NCBI GenBank assembly: GCA_039818205.1
Contig: JBCBUK010000003.1
Location: 32,001-96,000, forward strand
Direction of reading: 5' to 3'
Length of the DNA: 64,000 nucleotides
Source of the DNA: Verrucomicrobiota bacterium
Lineage (GTDB): Bacteria; Verrucomicrobiota; Verrucomicrobiia; Opitutales; Cerasicoccaceae
The translations under genes were made by a program, and so were the position numbers. The notes beneath the pieces were generated by a model. That model did not search any database and was not told the DNA's origin. It saw nothing but the letters and a program-made list of their open reading frames with translations. This document shows, one piece after another, positions 28,884 to 39,945 of this stretch (positions within the stretch are counted from its first letter, which is position 1; each line of letters opens with the position of its first letter).

Positions 28884-31800
28884 ATGAGTGAAGCCATTGA
28901 GAAACTACCCCGATTCGATCCCGAGCACCCGCCCGTTGCCGTCTCTACCGAGACGGCGCAATCGCTAGATGACCTCGCTGGAGCGGGGCGTTTTGTCGAA
29001 GCCTATCAGTTGATCAACGAGCAAGCGCCCGCGCTTTACTGGAACGACCTAGATGCCCGCTTGGACGCCTCCTACGTGTATGCCCGCCTCGGTGCGGATC
29101 GCCTGAGTGATCTTATCGACTTGTGGACCTACCGGTGCCATCGTGAGAACGCCCGCACGATTGTTCGGATGGCGCATTATTATCAATCGCGGAGAGGTCC
29201 ATTTTATGCGCATCAGCTTTTGAGCGAAGCGAAGCTGGATCAATATGATGAGATCGGGCAGGGGCGAATACTACGAACTCAGGGCTGGATGTGTCTTGAA
29301 TTTGACGATACCACGCGGGCCGAGACCCAGATTGAGCAGGCCTATGCTTTGGACGGGAATGAACACCGCCACTGGCATGCCCGCTCAACCGTTGCATACA
29401 AAAAAGAGAAGTATGAGCAGGCGCGTGAGGAAGCCGGGAAATCGCTCCAGGCCAATCCAAATTATTTGCCTGCTCGTTTCATCTTGGCCGGTGCCCTCGA
29501 TCGGCTCGAAGAAATGGATGAGATGGAGCGGGTCTTGGGTGACGGTTTGTCCTCGAGCCAAGACCGACAGTTAGCCATTCAACTCCTGCGTTATTTCAAG
29601 GAGTTGCGTCGCTTCGACGAGGCTCTCGAAATTATCCGTCTCATCGATCAATGGTCCCCCATACGCCAGAAGGATTTGGTCGAATGGGTTCATGGTGAGT
29701 ATGCCGACATTCATTACGACCTGGGCCAGTATGAACTCGCTCAGGAGCATGCGGGGAAGGGTAACGTTACCTATTATCAAAAATTTGCCGAACGCTTGGG
29801 TTCAATGACGGAGTCTCCTAAACGGTGCCGTATTGATGTGCCTTCCGTGCGCCAGCTGCGGCGGACTTGTGGGCCAGCAACATTGACTGCACTGGCGCGC
29901 TATTGGGGGCGATCCGTTGAGCAATCTGATATCATTGAGGACATCTGGCATGATGGTACCTTTGATTGGCGGGAGCGCAGGTGGGCTGAAGAGCAGGGCT
30001 TTGTCGTTCGAGAATTTCGCGCTGATTGGCCGAGTACCCAGCGACTGATTGATGCCGGTTATCCGTTTGCCATCATGACTGCGGGCGCAGACTTTTCTCA
30101 TTTGCAGGCTATCATTGGCTACGACGCAGTTCGCGAATGCGTCGAGGTTCGAGAGCCCGGAGCGTTTCACCACATTGATTATATTCAGGACAAGTTTTTC
30201 TCGTCGAACGCCTGGGTTGGCCCACGTGGTCTTGTCTTTGCTCCCGAAGAAGATGCTCAGGCTTTGATCGAAATGGATCTTCCGGATCAAACGATGTACG
30301 ATCAGTGCTACGAAATGAACCGTGCGCTTGAAGATCATGATCGAGATCGTGCCGCCCGGCTTTTGGAAGATATTGAGCGGGATTCACCGGAGTCGCTCCT
30401 GTTCCATTCAGCAAGCCGCCGTCTTGCCAGTTACGATGCCGACAACGTTCGGGCGTTGGATTCGGTCCGCGCACTGCGCAAGCTATTTCCCGAGGCAACG
30501 CGTTTGCAGTTGTCAGAGATTGGCTACATGCAGACTCAGTCGTCCTGGTCGGATCGGCTAGAACTTCTCCGAGAACTAACCCAGGGTGACAAAGTGCATC
30601 CGGTGGTGCGCCTTGAATTAGCGCGACACTTGATGGATGATGTTCGGTGTAGCGATGAGGCCGAGAAGGTGCTTTGGCGTTGTCAGCGGGAGCACCCAGA
30701 GTCCGCGGCAATCCTCCATGCCTTAGGTGATCTAAAGTGGAATCGTGGAGATCGCGAATCCGCCTTTGATGCCTATCGTTTTGCCTTTACGCTCGATTAC
30801 CTGAACGAGGGGCGGGCGCGGGCATTTTTTCAGGCTGCTCGGTTTTTTCAACAACACCTGATTGCCTTAGCGTTGCTGCAGGAACGGTTTGAGCGCTTTG
30901 GCGGATCTTCCGGCGATCCGGCAATCACGCTTGCAGATATGTTGCGCCTGCTCGACCGCGATAAGGAATCCTTGGAGGTTTTTGATGACGCTTTGAAACG
31001 CCGCCCAAACGATGCCGATCTGCTTGCTGCCTACGCGTCGCGGTGTATCGATTGGAACCGACTCACCTTGGCCTCTGAACTGTTGGACGATGCAAAGGGA
31101 AATATTCATGAACTCAGTTGGCTTGAGCTCTCAGCGCGTTTGGCCACCGCGAGAGGAGAACATGAACAGGCACTTGCTTTGTATGGCAAAGCGGTTGCTT
31201 TGAGTGAGCAACGAGTTGACTTGCAGAGTGCCTACGTGGCGGTCGTTCATCGGCTGCAAGGAAAGCAGCAGGTGATTGAGTATCTTGAGTCCTTGGCAGA
31301 TCGTTTTCCCTATCATAATGAGATTAATGAAATGTACATTACCTGGCTCAGGGATGTGTATTTTGATCGAGCCGATGCCGCCTGTCGAAAACTCTTAGAG
31401 CGGCACCCAAATAATCACTGGGCACGTCGTGAGCTGGCAATCTCGCTCGAAAATCAGGGGCAGCTCGCAGAAGCGATTGACGTAGCTGTCGAAGCCAAAA
31501 ACAACGACCGGCACGCGGCCGCATCGTACACCGTCCTTGGAAACCTTTACGAGAAGGATCAGCAGTTTGAAGAGGCTGCCAATTGCTACCGTCAGGCGAT
31601 TCAGCTCGAGGTGGACAACGGCTTTGCGATCAATCACCTGTGCGACATGGCGCTTAACGAAGCGCAGGAACGGGATACGCTGGCCTTTATTTGGAACGAG
31701 ATCGAGACCCAAACCTTGTTTGGAGACGGTCTGATGGAGTTTCGTCGGCATGCGAGCGGCGTCTGGGATTCGGACGATTTACTGGCTCGGCTAAAGAGCG

Positions 31801-34526
31801 CCCTTAATGCCCGTTCTGATTTGTGGCACTGCCACTCGGCTTTGGTTATCCAATATCTGGATATGGGGCAGGCCGGCGAAGCCTTGGCTGCTGCGGAGGC
31901 GTGTTGCGAACAGTTCCCACTGGTCCCCGGTTCGTTCGCGAACCTTTCAAGAGTCGCAAAACATCAACAGGATCTTTCCCGCCAGATCGAAGCCCTGGAG
32001 CAAGCCCTTGAACTCAACCCTCACTGGGTCGACGTCGTCGAAGTATTGGCCGATTGCTATAGTCTGGCCGATCGCGGCGAGGACGAAAAAGAGCTGATCG
32101 AGCGCACGCTGCGCCGCTTACCAAAGTCCTATACGATGCACGGTTACTTGGCCGCGTGGCACGCACGTCGAGGCAATACGCGGGCTGCGATTGAGTCCTT
32201 GGAAATCGCGCTCTCCATTGAGCCAGACTATCCCTTCGCTTGGGCACGGCTCGATGAATGGGGAAGCCATGAAGAGTGCACACGCAAAGCGCGCACCTTG
32301 ACGGAGGAGCGTCCGGGCGAAGCCCGCATCTGGCAGCTCTTAGCCAATACCCTGCAGCTAGAAGAAGAGCAGGAAGAACGATTGGCGGCTTTGACGAAAG
32401 CGAGTGAGTTGGAACCTTGGAATATCGAACTCCTCGATGAAATTTCGATGCTTCTGGTTCAAATGGATCGGCACGACGAGGCGCTGGCGGCAGTGACTCC
32501 AGAGAGCCGTCGCGATGCTATGCCGTTTCAACTTTTAGGGCGCCAAGCCTGGATTCTCTGGGAGCAAAATAAGCAAGACGAAGCGATCGCCATGATGGCT
32601 GAGATCATTGAAGCGAACCCTAGTTATTGGTGGGGTTGCTCGCGTCGCTTTGAGTGGCTCATCGACTCAAAGAAGAACGAAGATGCGCATGACGCCGCGT
32701 TGTCCATGACCGAGCGTTGGCCGCAAGTCTATGTCTCGTGGGGTTACCTGGGGCAGGCCCTGCATCGATTGGGTAAAGACGATGAGGCGCAGGCTGCATT
32801 GAAGAAGGCCTTGAGCTTGGAACCCGATTACCCCTGGGGCTGGGATATGCTTGAATCGCTGGCCAAACGCGAGGAACTCGAAACGCTCGCATTGGAGATG
32901 GCTGAACGTTGTCCAGGGCAATCACGGCCGTGGATGATTTATGCGCGGGCCATGGATGAGCAGAATCGAATTAACGATTGCCTTGAAGCCATCGACCAAG
33001 CTCTGGAACGTGATGCCCGCTTGATTGATGCGATCGACTATAAAATTATTTTGCTCACCCGTGCCGGTCGATTTGATGAGGCGCGGGAAGCCTGCCTGCC
33101 AGCCGCCTTTGAGGATGACGTTCCCTTTAATCTGTTGGGTAGACGCGCTTGGGTATTGGCGGAGGAAGGAAAGATTGCTGAGGCCGTTGAAGAATTGAAA
33201 CCAATTTGGAGCGAACACCCGGACTATTATTGGGGCGGTGAGCGCCTGTTGGAATGGCAGCGGGCATTGGAGAACTTTGGCGAGCTTGCCCAGGTGGCAA
33301 ATGAGTTCAAAGAACAGTTTCCCACTGATCCCGTGGGCTATGGTTACAGTGCGATCGCGGCGCTTGGGAAACAGAATTTCGGTGAAGCCAAACGTGAGCT
33401 ACGAGACGCATTAGAGGTTGATGAGGAGTATTTCTTTGCCGCGAATCGGTTGTTTTTTCTCTACTTCGAAGACAATGAGTTGAGCTTGGCCGAAGAGGTA
33501 GCGAATCGCTATGCCGTTACGTTGGGCGATTCAAGAGTAGCGGTGTTTAACGCGTTGCTGGCCGCTGCGCGCAACCGTTGGAAAAACCTCAAGCCCTTCC
33601 TCAAAGATCTTGCAACGCTCGAACCGATGGATGTCGCCCATTTGCGTTACCTCTGGGATTATCTCGGGCGTAGCAGTAAGAACAGTCAGTTGCTCCGCGA
33701 ATTTACTCAGCAAGCAAATCGAGGTGAGATCTCTGCGCCTGCGTTGCAGTTTCTAGTTGAGGCGCGGATTAGCCGCAAAAAATTCTCGCTCGACGGGTAT
33801 ATCAGCCAACTGAGTCCCGAGCTGCAGGGTATTGCAGTGGATACCTATTTTTATCAGGCGAGTGAAGGCTTATTGCCATTCTCGGATATTAAGCGAGCAA
33901 TTCGCCGTCACCGGAAACTGATTGTCCAGAACAGCGTTGCTTGGGGTAACGTCGCGAGTTGCTTTTACCGACACCGAAAGTACAACGACGTCATTGAATG
34001 GATGGGCGACTGGCGAACCCGCGAAGGGGTCGAACTCTGGATGCTCAATAATCTGCTGTTTGCTTATATTTCGAAGGCCGACTGGCCGGCGGCAGACGAA
34101 GTTGCCCGTGCCCAGATTGACAATCGATCGATTCAGCATGGCTCGGATCACCCATTCGGATATCTTGCATTCCGATTGGCGCAAGGTGGGCACACGGAGA
34201 AAGCAGAGGCTTTTCTGCGGTGCGTCGCATCCATGGAAGCCGATTCGATGTCGATGTTGACCACCGGTGGAACCCAGATTTTCCTCGAACTGCATGCGGA
34301 CCTTCCCAGCGATGAACTCCGACGGCGGATTCGCACCAGACTGAAAGATTTGTTTGAAAAGGCCTCGTCCGGGAAATGGTCGCGACCCGATGCACTTCAT
34401 TTGTTTCGAGTCATCCTCGCTACCATTCGTGAACGTGAGCCAGGCGCACTTTCTTTCCTCGATTCACTGCGCTTGGGCACCGTTGCGATGCGCTGCCAGT
34501 TCCGCAAAATTGGCATGGTGATCTGA
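28884..34526 (+). CDS. Giant TPR-repeat protein with an internal C39-like cysteine peptidase domain
   Basis: RQLRRTCGPATLTALARYWG...HLQAIIGYD...VREP, flanked by many TPR-like repeats; 1880 aa. Confidence 0.85.
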   Translation: MSEAIEKLPRFDPEHPPVAVSTETAQSLDDLAGAGRFVEAYQLINEQAPALYWNDLDARLDASYVYARLGADRLSDLIDLWTYRCHRENARTIVRMAHYYQSRRGPFYAHQLLSEAKLDQYDEIGQGRILRTQGWMCLEFDDTTRAETQIEQAYALDGNEHRHWHARSTVAYKKEKYEQAREEAGKSLQANPNYLPARFILAGALDRLEEMDEMERVLGDGLSSSQDRQLAIQLLRYFKELRRFDEALEIIRLIDQWSPIRQKDLVEWVHGEYADIHYDLGQYELAQEHAGKGNVTYYQKFAERLGSMTESPKRCRIDVPSVRQLRRTCGPATLTALARYWGRSVEQSDIIEDIWHDGTFDWRERRWAEEQGFVVREFRADWPSTQRLIDAGYPFAIMTAGADFSHLQAIIGYDAVRECVEVREPGAFHHIDYIQDKFFSSNAWVGPRGLVFAPEEDAQALIEMDLPDQTMYDQCYEMNRALEDHDRDRAARLLEDIERDSPESLLFHSASRRLASYDADNVRALDSVRALRKLFPEATRLQLSEIGYMQTQSSWSDRLELLRELTQGDKVHPVVRLELARHLMDDVRCSDEAEKVLWRCQREHPESAAILHALGDLKWNRGDRESAFDAYRFAFTLDYLNEGRARAFFQAARFFQQHLIALALLQERFERFGGSSGDPAITLADMLRLLDRDKESLEVFDDALKRRPNDADLLAAYASRCIDWNRLTLASELLDDAKGNIHELSWLELSARLATARGEHEQALALYGKAVALSEQRVDLQSAYVAVVHRLQGKQQVIEYLESLADRFPYHNEINEMYITWLRDVYFDRADAACRKLLERHPNNHWARRELAISLENQGQLAEAIDVAVEAKNNDRHAAASYTVLGNLYEKDQQFEEAANCYRQAIQLEVDNGFAINHLCDMALNEAQERDTLAFIWNEIETQTLFGDGLMEFRRHASGVWDSDDLLARLKSALNARSDLWHCHSALVIQYLDMGQAGEALAAAEACCEQFPLVPGSFANLSRVAKHQQDLSRQIEALEQALELNPHWVDVVEVLADCYSLADRGEDEKELIERTLRRLPKSYTMHGYLAAWHARRGNTRAAIESLEIALSIEPDYPFAWARLDEWGSHEECTRKARTLTEERPGEARIWQLLANTLQLEEEQEERLAALTKASELEPWNIELLDEISMLLVQMDRHDEALAAVTPESRRDAMPFQLLGRQAWILWEQNKQDEAIAMMAEIIEANPSYWWGCSRRFEWLIDSKKNEDAHDAALSMTERWPQVYVSWGYLGQALHRLGKDDEAQAALKKALSLEPDYPWGWDMLESLAKREELETLALEMAERCPGQSRPWMIYARAMDEQNRINDCLEAIDQALERDARLIDAIDYKIILLTRAGRFDEAREACLPAAFEDDVPFNLLGRRAWVLAEEGKIAEAVEELKPIWSEHPDYYWGGERLLEWQRALENFGELAQVANEFKEQFPTDPVGYGYSAIAALGKQNFGEAKRELRDALEVDEEYFFAANRLFFLYFEDNELSLAEEVANRYAVTLGDSRVAVFNALLAAARNRWKNLKPFLKDLATLEPMDVAHLRYLWDYLGRSSKNSQLLREFTQQANRGEISAPALQFLVEARISRKKFSLDGYISQLSPELQGIAVDTYFYQASEGLLPFSDIKRAIRRHRKLIVQNSVAWGNVASCFYRHRKYNDVIEWMGDWRTREGVELWMLNNLLFAYISKADWPAADEVARAQIDNRSIQHGSDHPFGYLAFRLAQGGHTEKAEAFLRCVASMEADSMSMLTTGGTQIFLELHADLPSDELRRRIRTRLKDLFEKASSGKWSRPDALHLFRVILATIREREPGALSFLDSLRLGTVAMRCQFRKIGMVI

Positions 34527-34550
34527 GGCTCAGATTCCAATCTGGCCAAC

Positions 34551-34577
34551 AAAAAAGCGGCCCACAGTGTAGGCCGC
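34551..34577 (-). terminator. Intrinsic terminator of dapL
   Basis: GCGGCC...GGCCGC stem with A6 on the + strand. Confidence 0.7.
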
Positions 34578-34603
34578 CGACATAAAACTAAATGGTAGTC
34601 TGC

Positions 34604-35854
34604 TTAGAATTCGAATGAGCAACCATCAAGGCGTCGCTTGATCTCGTCGACGATTGCCGCTTCAGCATCTTTGCCGCTCGCGCTGAATGTGACTGAGAAG
34701 CGCACGTAGGCACCCGCATCGTCCCAAGGGACAGTGCTGATCAGCAATTCACGAATCAAAAACTGGGAGAATTCTTCGGCCGAAGCAAAATCTACCTTGT
34801 CGCCATTGGGCGTTGTCGCGCTCTTTGGAATTGGCGCATACAGGAAGAAGCTGCCCTTGGGCTTGTTTACGGAGAATCCCGCTTCGTTCAAAGCGGCGAC
34901 CAAGAGGTCCATACGCCGGGAATATTTCGACGCAATTTCCTGAGTGATCGACGGGTTGTCCAAAGCGGTGGCAGCAGCTTTTTGGATCGCCAAAAACTGG
35001 CCCGAGTCGCTGTTGTCTTTCATGTCGCTGTAGGCCTTGACGATAAGGGGATTACCACAGACAAAACCAATCCGCCAGCCGGTCATGTTGTAGCTCTTCG
35101 ACAGAGAGTGGAGCTCAACGGCAACGTCCTTGCCACCGGGGACCTGTAGAATCGAAAGTGGCTCGACGCCTTCAAAGACTAGCGCCGAGTAAGCGGCGTC
35201 TTGGAGGATGATCAAGTTGTTAGCCTTGGCGAACGCGATGGCTTCTTCGAAGAATTCGCGAGTGGCCGAAGCGCCCGTTGGGTTGTTTGGGTAATTGATT
35301 ACCAATACCTTCGCCTTCTCAATGACGGCGGCAGGAGCACTTTTCAGGTCAGGCAAAAAGCCATTCTCCTGAGTCAGCTCATAATTGTAGACCTGCCCAC
35401 CGTAATACTTTGAGTGGGTCCCAAAGACAGGATAGCCAGGGGTTGTCATCAAGACGTAGTCGCCTGGGTTAATGAAGCAGCCGGGCAGGAGAGAGAGAGC
35501 AGCCTTGCTGCCGATGGAGTGGCAGACTTCCGTTTCAGCATCCACATCGACGCCATAGACGCTCTTCATGTGGCGGGCTGCGGCCTCCTTGAACTCGGGC
35601 CCGCCATTGTCAGCATAGCCGCGGTTCTCCGGCTTCTCGGCCTCGGTTTGCAGAGCCGATACGACTTCTGGAAAAGCCATTTCGTCCGGCTCACCCACAC
35701 CCATGTCAATCAGTTCGACATCGGGTTTATCGGCCTTCGCGGCTGCCTTAGCACGTTTGATCTTCTCAAACTTGTAAATCGCCGTGGACTTGCCGTATTG
35801 GGAGCCACCAATGCGCTCAGCAAATAAGAACTGTATGTAGGGATCGTCTGCCAT
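34604..35854 (-). CDS. dapL: LL-diaminopimelate aminotransferase
   Basis: Class I PLP enzyme (NYPNNPTG, DAAY, SLSKSYNMTGWRIG) with DapL-type IYKFEKIK, DMGVGEPD and DSGQF motifs. Confidence 0.88.
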   Translation of the reverse strand: MADDPYIQFLFAERIGGSQYGKSTAIYKFEKIKRAKAAAKADKPDVELIDMGVGEPDEMAFPEVVSALQTEAEKPENRGYADNGGPEFKEAAARHMKSVYGVDVDAETEVCHSIGSKAALSLLPGCFINPGDYVLMTTPGYPVFGTHSKYYGGQVYNYELTQENGFLPDLKSAPAAVIEKAKVLVINYPNNPTGASATREFFEEAIAFAKANNLIILQDAAYSALVFEGVEPLSILQVPGGKDVAVELHSLSKSYNMTGWRIGFVCGNPLIVKAYSDMKDNSDSGQFLAIQKAAATALDNPSITQEIASKYSRRMDLLVAALNEAGFSVNKPKGSFFLYAPIPKSATTPNGDKVDFASAEEFSQFLIRELLISTVPWDDAGAYVRFSVTFSASGKDAEAAIVDEIKRRLDGCSFEF

Positions 35855-36016
35855 AATTTATTTGGGAAAAGGTCCTACGAAAGCGTCGCATCGCTTCCTC
35901 GCAAGTCTAAACACGCTTTTTGCCACCGAGGCACCTCGCCGCGCGGTCCAGAGGCGAATATTCAACGGCGACGAAGCGGGCGATTCGCAACCATTCGCCC
36001 ATCACTGATCACAGAT

Positions 36017-37189
36017 TTATTGATCTCTTTGCGGCGCTTCGACCACGGCTAGGGTCAAATCATCCTCCATGGTAATTTCCTGACCAATCTGGTAAACCTT
36101 CTCCGTGATCGCATCGGCCTGCTCTTGTGGGCCGAGCTCCATCGTTGAGCAAATCAGCTCCAACAAGGTCGTTTCGTTCTTTGCGTCCAGGATTTCTGGC
36201 AGACCGTCGGTAAAGAGAAACATGCGATCGCCCGGTCCGAGTTTGCCATGGACGTTGCCCGAGGCTGCCTTGTCGAGAAGACCAATTGCAATGCTTTCCG
36301 AGAATTCCAACTTTTCGAATTCGTTCGTCTGACAGCGCCAGATAAATGCTTCGGGATGGCCCGCATTGGCCGCCGAATATTCAATCTCACCATCGCTGTT
36401 GAGTAAAAAGTGCCCACAGGTCGCCGACATAAAGCGGTTGGTGAACTGGCCCTGAAGCAATTGATTGAGCTCTATTAGAAACTCATCGGGCGAGCCTGAA
36501 TAGTGCGCCGCAATTTGATCAGTTAGGTGACGGACCAGGACCGTATACATCGCGGCTGACAAGCCATGGCCGCACACATCGCCGATCACGAAAAAAGTAA
36601 ACTTACCGGGGGTGACCGGGAAAATAATCACATCCCCACCAACGGCTTCCATCGGACGATAGGATACGCCAATCTTCAAACCATCGAAGTTCGGGACTCG
36701 TCCTGGAATCATCAGCTTCTGCACCTGGCGCGCACTTTCCAGATCGCGAGACATGATTTCGTTTTGGTGGCGAATCACCTCCTGAGCACGGTGCTGGGCA
36801 GTGATATCCCGCGAGATTCCCATGATCCCCGCAATCTTGCCGGACTCGAGGAAAAGCGGCACTTTAGTCGTGGAAACCCAGGTAATGCTACCGTCCGGCC
36901 ATACCTCACGTTCCTCTTTGTTGATGAGGGGCGTTCCGGTAAGGATAATGTTGCGCTCATCCTCGAACGCGTCTTTTGCGTGTTCGAGATTGAAAAAGTC
37001 AAAGTCGGTCTTGCCCGTTAGTTCGGCCGGGTCGCCGCAGCCTTGTTTCTGCGCCAAAGCATTACTTACCACGAGGAATCGGCTCCGCAGATCCTTGAAG
37101 TAAACGCGGTCGGGCGTCTGGTCCATCAACGCCTGGAACAACTGGCGTTCGCCGGGGACGGGGGGGCGGGCTGGCAATTCGTCGGGCAT
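36017..37189 (-). CDS. PAS-domain SpoIIE/RsbU-like PP2C phosphatase
   Basis: PAS (VYFKD, GKTDFD, STTKVP, GISRDIT) followed by VGGD, GDVCGHG, NAGH, FTDG, DDLT. Confidence 0.9.
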   Translation of the reverse strand: MPDELPARPPVPGERQLFQALMDQTPDRVYFKDLRSRFLVVSNALAQKQGCGDPAELTGKTDFDFFNLEHAKDAFEDERNIILTGTPLINKEEREVWPDGSITWVSTTKVPLFLESGKIAGIMGISRDITAQHRAQEVIRHQNEIMSRDLESARQVQKLMIPGRVPNFDGLKIGVSYRPMEAVGGDVIIFPVTPGKFTFFVIGDVCGHGLSAAMYTVLVRHLTDQIAAHYSGSPDEFLIELNQLLQGQFTNRFMSATCGHFLLNSDGEIEYSAANAGHPEAFIWRCQTNEFEKLEFSESIAIGLLDKAASGNVHGKLGPGDRMFLFTDGLPEILDAKNETTLLELICSTMELGPQEQADAITEKVYQIGQEITMEDDLTLAVVEAPQRDQ

Positions 37190-37326
37190 AAATCAAAAAC
37201 GCTAAATTACATTCGTTCAAAATCAATCTATTTGCGGCGCTAAGTTGAGATGAGTTTTAGTTGCTTCGTAAGGGCAAGAATGCTTCATAATCGAAGTCTT
37301 CTAGGTCATTTTGTGAGTCGATTCCT

Positions 37327-39945
37327 ATGCATTTAACGTTCTGCCGGCTAAATATATTCACTGTTGTTGGGTGTTTGATGCTCGGTTCACTTAGCCCCGG
37401 CCTGAGTGCTCAGGACGAGGAAGGGTTCCAGCAGGATGCGATTTCCATGGTGGCAGACTGGCCGGCTTGGCGATGGAAGACCCTCGCGGGCGACGATGCC
37501 TTGCAGGCTGGCTTGCCAGGATTAGCCGAAGGTTTGTATCTCGGTGTCCTTGAGGAAAATCCTGACCTGAACGAAGACGCGAGGGCCTGGATCAATATCA
37601 AGTTGGTCTCCGCCCTGATCGCCCAGCGCAAATTTGACGAGGCTGAGGCAGCTCTGCCGCCCCAAAGTGGATCCATGGCCTATGCGGTTGCCCTTCGCCG
37701 AGCAATCTTAGCCTACAGTCGCTCTGATCTGCTGGCCTTAGAGCAATCCCTGGCGCAGATCCGGCCCGAATTCTTGAGTCAGGCGGACTTACCCTGGTAT
37801 TATTTGCTCCGCGGCATGGAGGCCCGAATGAACGACGATCTGGAGAATTCGGCGATCGCACTCGAAAAGGCACTCAACCAAGCAGTTTCTCCGGCTCAGG
37901 CCGCCCAGATTGAAGCGGTTGTTTTGAAAGGGGATGTTATCGCCGGTAAGGACGATTTGGCCGTGCTGCCCGTCCTCAAAAGTAAAGTGGCGCAAACTCG
38001 AGGCACGCGAGCTGGTTTTGATTTCGCGCGTCAGCTCGCGGTGGTGCTGGAACGCCTTGGACGTAAAGATGAGGCCATCGACCTTTTGCGGAGTCAGATG
38101 ACGATGCTCACCGAGCAGGAGACTGCCGAGGCCGGGCAGATGTTACTTCTTATCGGCTTGATTTCCGGGCGCGACTCCGGGCGTGGCCAACTGGCATTCC
38201 AAGAAATTCTCGGTGGAAAGGGCGAAGCGGATACCCAACGCCTCGCACTGTACCTCCTCGCTGCAGGTTCAATGAAGGAGGATGAATCGCGGGCCAAGTT
38301 CCTACAAACACTCGATGAATTGATTGCCCAGGCAGATCATCCCTTGCGTGACGAACTGCTTTTGTTGCGTAGCCGGATCAAACTGGAAGAGGGCGACCTT
38401 GCTGCAGCGGACGCCGATGTTGCTGAGTTGGTGGACAATTATCCAGCCTCTCCGTTGGCCGAAGATGCGTGGTGGTTGCGGGCGTATATGGCATGGACGG
38501 AGAGTCGTTATCGCAGCGCAGCGGATCATTTGGGCAAGATCCGGGACAATCTTCCCGCGGGCCAGCAACGCGCACGCATCGGTGAACTGATTGGGGATTG
38601 CTACTTTCTCAAAGGCGATTACGCCAACGCAGCCGACGTCTATTATGCGGTTTTGACTGAGAAAAGCGCCTACTGGATGGCTGAAATGGTGTTCTTTCAG
38701 ACCGTACTTTCTAGCACCTTGGCGAAGCGGTGGGATGCGGCTCGAGAATTGTTGGATCAGCCAAATAGCTACGCGGGCGAAGTGCTTTGGCGTGCAGAGT
38801 GGACCTACCTTGACGGCTTACGCAATGCGGGCGAGATCGATATTGCCCGCGAGCGGCTCAGCAAACTCTTTCAAACAGGCCGATCATTACCGCAAGAGAA
38901 TGCGATGAGGTGGCGCCTTTTATGGCTCGATGCTCGGCTTGCCTACGACGCCGGAGACGCACTGGCAGCGGCAAACAAAGCCCGCCAGCTGGCGATTGAG
39001 GTTGAGTCGTCGTTAAATGTCGAGCTGAGCGAAGTCCCCAATCTTGCGCCCGAAGTCGCGAGCCACCTTCGATTGCTTGAGGGCCAGGCGCTAATCCGTT
39101 CGGATCAGCCGGAGGAAGGGCTCGCGGTGCTGCAGGACTTGCGGACTACTTATCCGGGAAGCGATCCGGCGATTCTGTCGATCTTAGAAGAGGCACGTTA
39201 CTTTGCGGGTCAATACAGTCTCGCTGAAGCCCAGCGACGCCTGCGCGAACTGGCAGACCGCTACCGTGAAAGTCCGCACGCGCCGGCGGCCCTTTATGAG
39301 GCCGCTATTCAAGCAGATCGCCAGGGCTTGGAGTCAACCCGTCGCGAATCTCTGTCCATTTTGCGGGACCTGATCGAGCGTTACCCAGAGCATCCGCTGG
39401 TCTTTCGAGCTCGTTTGCTACAGGGTAATATCGCCCGCCAGTTGGGCGAGTTCGGTGATGCGCGGGTGGTTTACGAAACCCTGCTCCGTGACTTCGCTGA
39501 CCATCCCGAGATTTATCTCGCCGAACTCTATCGAGCAAATTCGCTCCTTGCGCGTTCAGGGGACGACCCTGCGCTCCTCGATGAAGCGGCCGATGGCCTC
39601 GAGCGCCTGCTTGATCTCGCCTCTGTCCCGGTGGATGTTCGCGTGGAAGCCGGTTACTCACTCAGCCGTATTCAGTCCCAACAGGGCCGACTTCAGCGTG
39701 CGTCCGAGACGCTCTGGTTGGTGATCGCGCGCTTTTTGCGCGATCCAAATTCAGCCCGCCAGCTCGGCGCGAATGGCAGCTATTGGATGTCTCGTTGCCT
39801 CTTTGAGCTCGGAGATATCCTCGAGCAGGACGGCAAAGTCGAAGATGCCCGCAAGGTCTATGCGCAGATTATTCAAAACGGCTTGCCGGGTAAAAACCTC
39901 GCTGCTGCCCGTCTCGAAAAACTCCGCCAGACCGGCGAGAATTAG
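37327..39945 (+). CDS. Exported TPR protein (BamD/YbgF-like repeats)
   Basis: Signal peptide; repeated L...YP.S..A TPR units. Confidence 0.8.
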   Translation: MHLTFCRLNIFTVVGCLMLGSLSPGLSAQDEEGFQQDAISMVADWPAWRWKTLAGDDALQAGLPGLAEGLYLGVLEENPDLNEDARAWINIKLVSALIAQRKFDEAEAALPPQSGSMAYAVALRRAILAYSRSDLLALEQSLAQIRPEFLSQADLPWYYLLRGMEARMNDDLENSAIALEKALNQAVSPAQAAQIEAVVLKGDVIAGKDDLAVLPVLKSKVAQTRGTRAGFDFARQLAVVLERLGRKDEAIDLLRSQMTMLTEQETAEAGQMLLLIGLISGRDSGRGQLAFQEILGGKGEADTQRLALYLLAAGSMKEDESRAKFLQTLDELIAQADHPLRDELLLLRSRIKLEEGDLAAADADVAELVDNYPASPLAEDAWWLRAYMAWTESRYRSAADHLGKIRDNLPAGQQRARIGELIGDCYFLKGDYANAADVYYAVLTEKSAYWMAEMVFFQTVLSSTLAKRWDAARELLDQPNSYAGEVLWRAEWTYLDGLRNAGEIDIARERLSKLFQTGRSLPQENAMRWRLLWLDARLAYDAGDALAAANKARQLAIEVESSLNVELSEVPNLAPEVASHLRLLEGQALIRSDQPEEGLAVLQDLRTTYPGSDPAILSILEEARYFAGQYSLAEAQRRLRELADRYRESPHAPAALYEAAIQADRQGLESTRRESLSILRDLIERYPEHPLVFRARLLQGNIARQLGEFGDARVVYETLLRDFADHPEIYLAELYRANSLLARSGDDPALLDEAADGLERLLDLASVPVDVRVEAGYSLSRIQSQQGRLQRASETLWLVIARFLRDPNSARQLGANGSYWMSRCLFELGDILEQDGKVEDARKVYAQIIQNGLPGKNLAAARLEKLRQTGEN

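Noticed and set aside
35855..36016. Lysine riboswitch upstream of dapL
   Set aside because: The gap is short for an L-box plus promoter, and I see no conserved L-box sequence on the minus strand.
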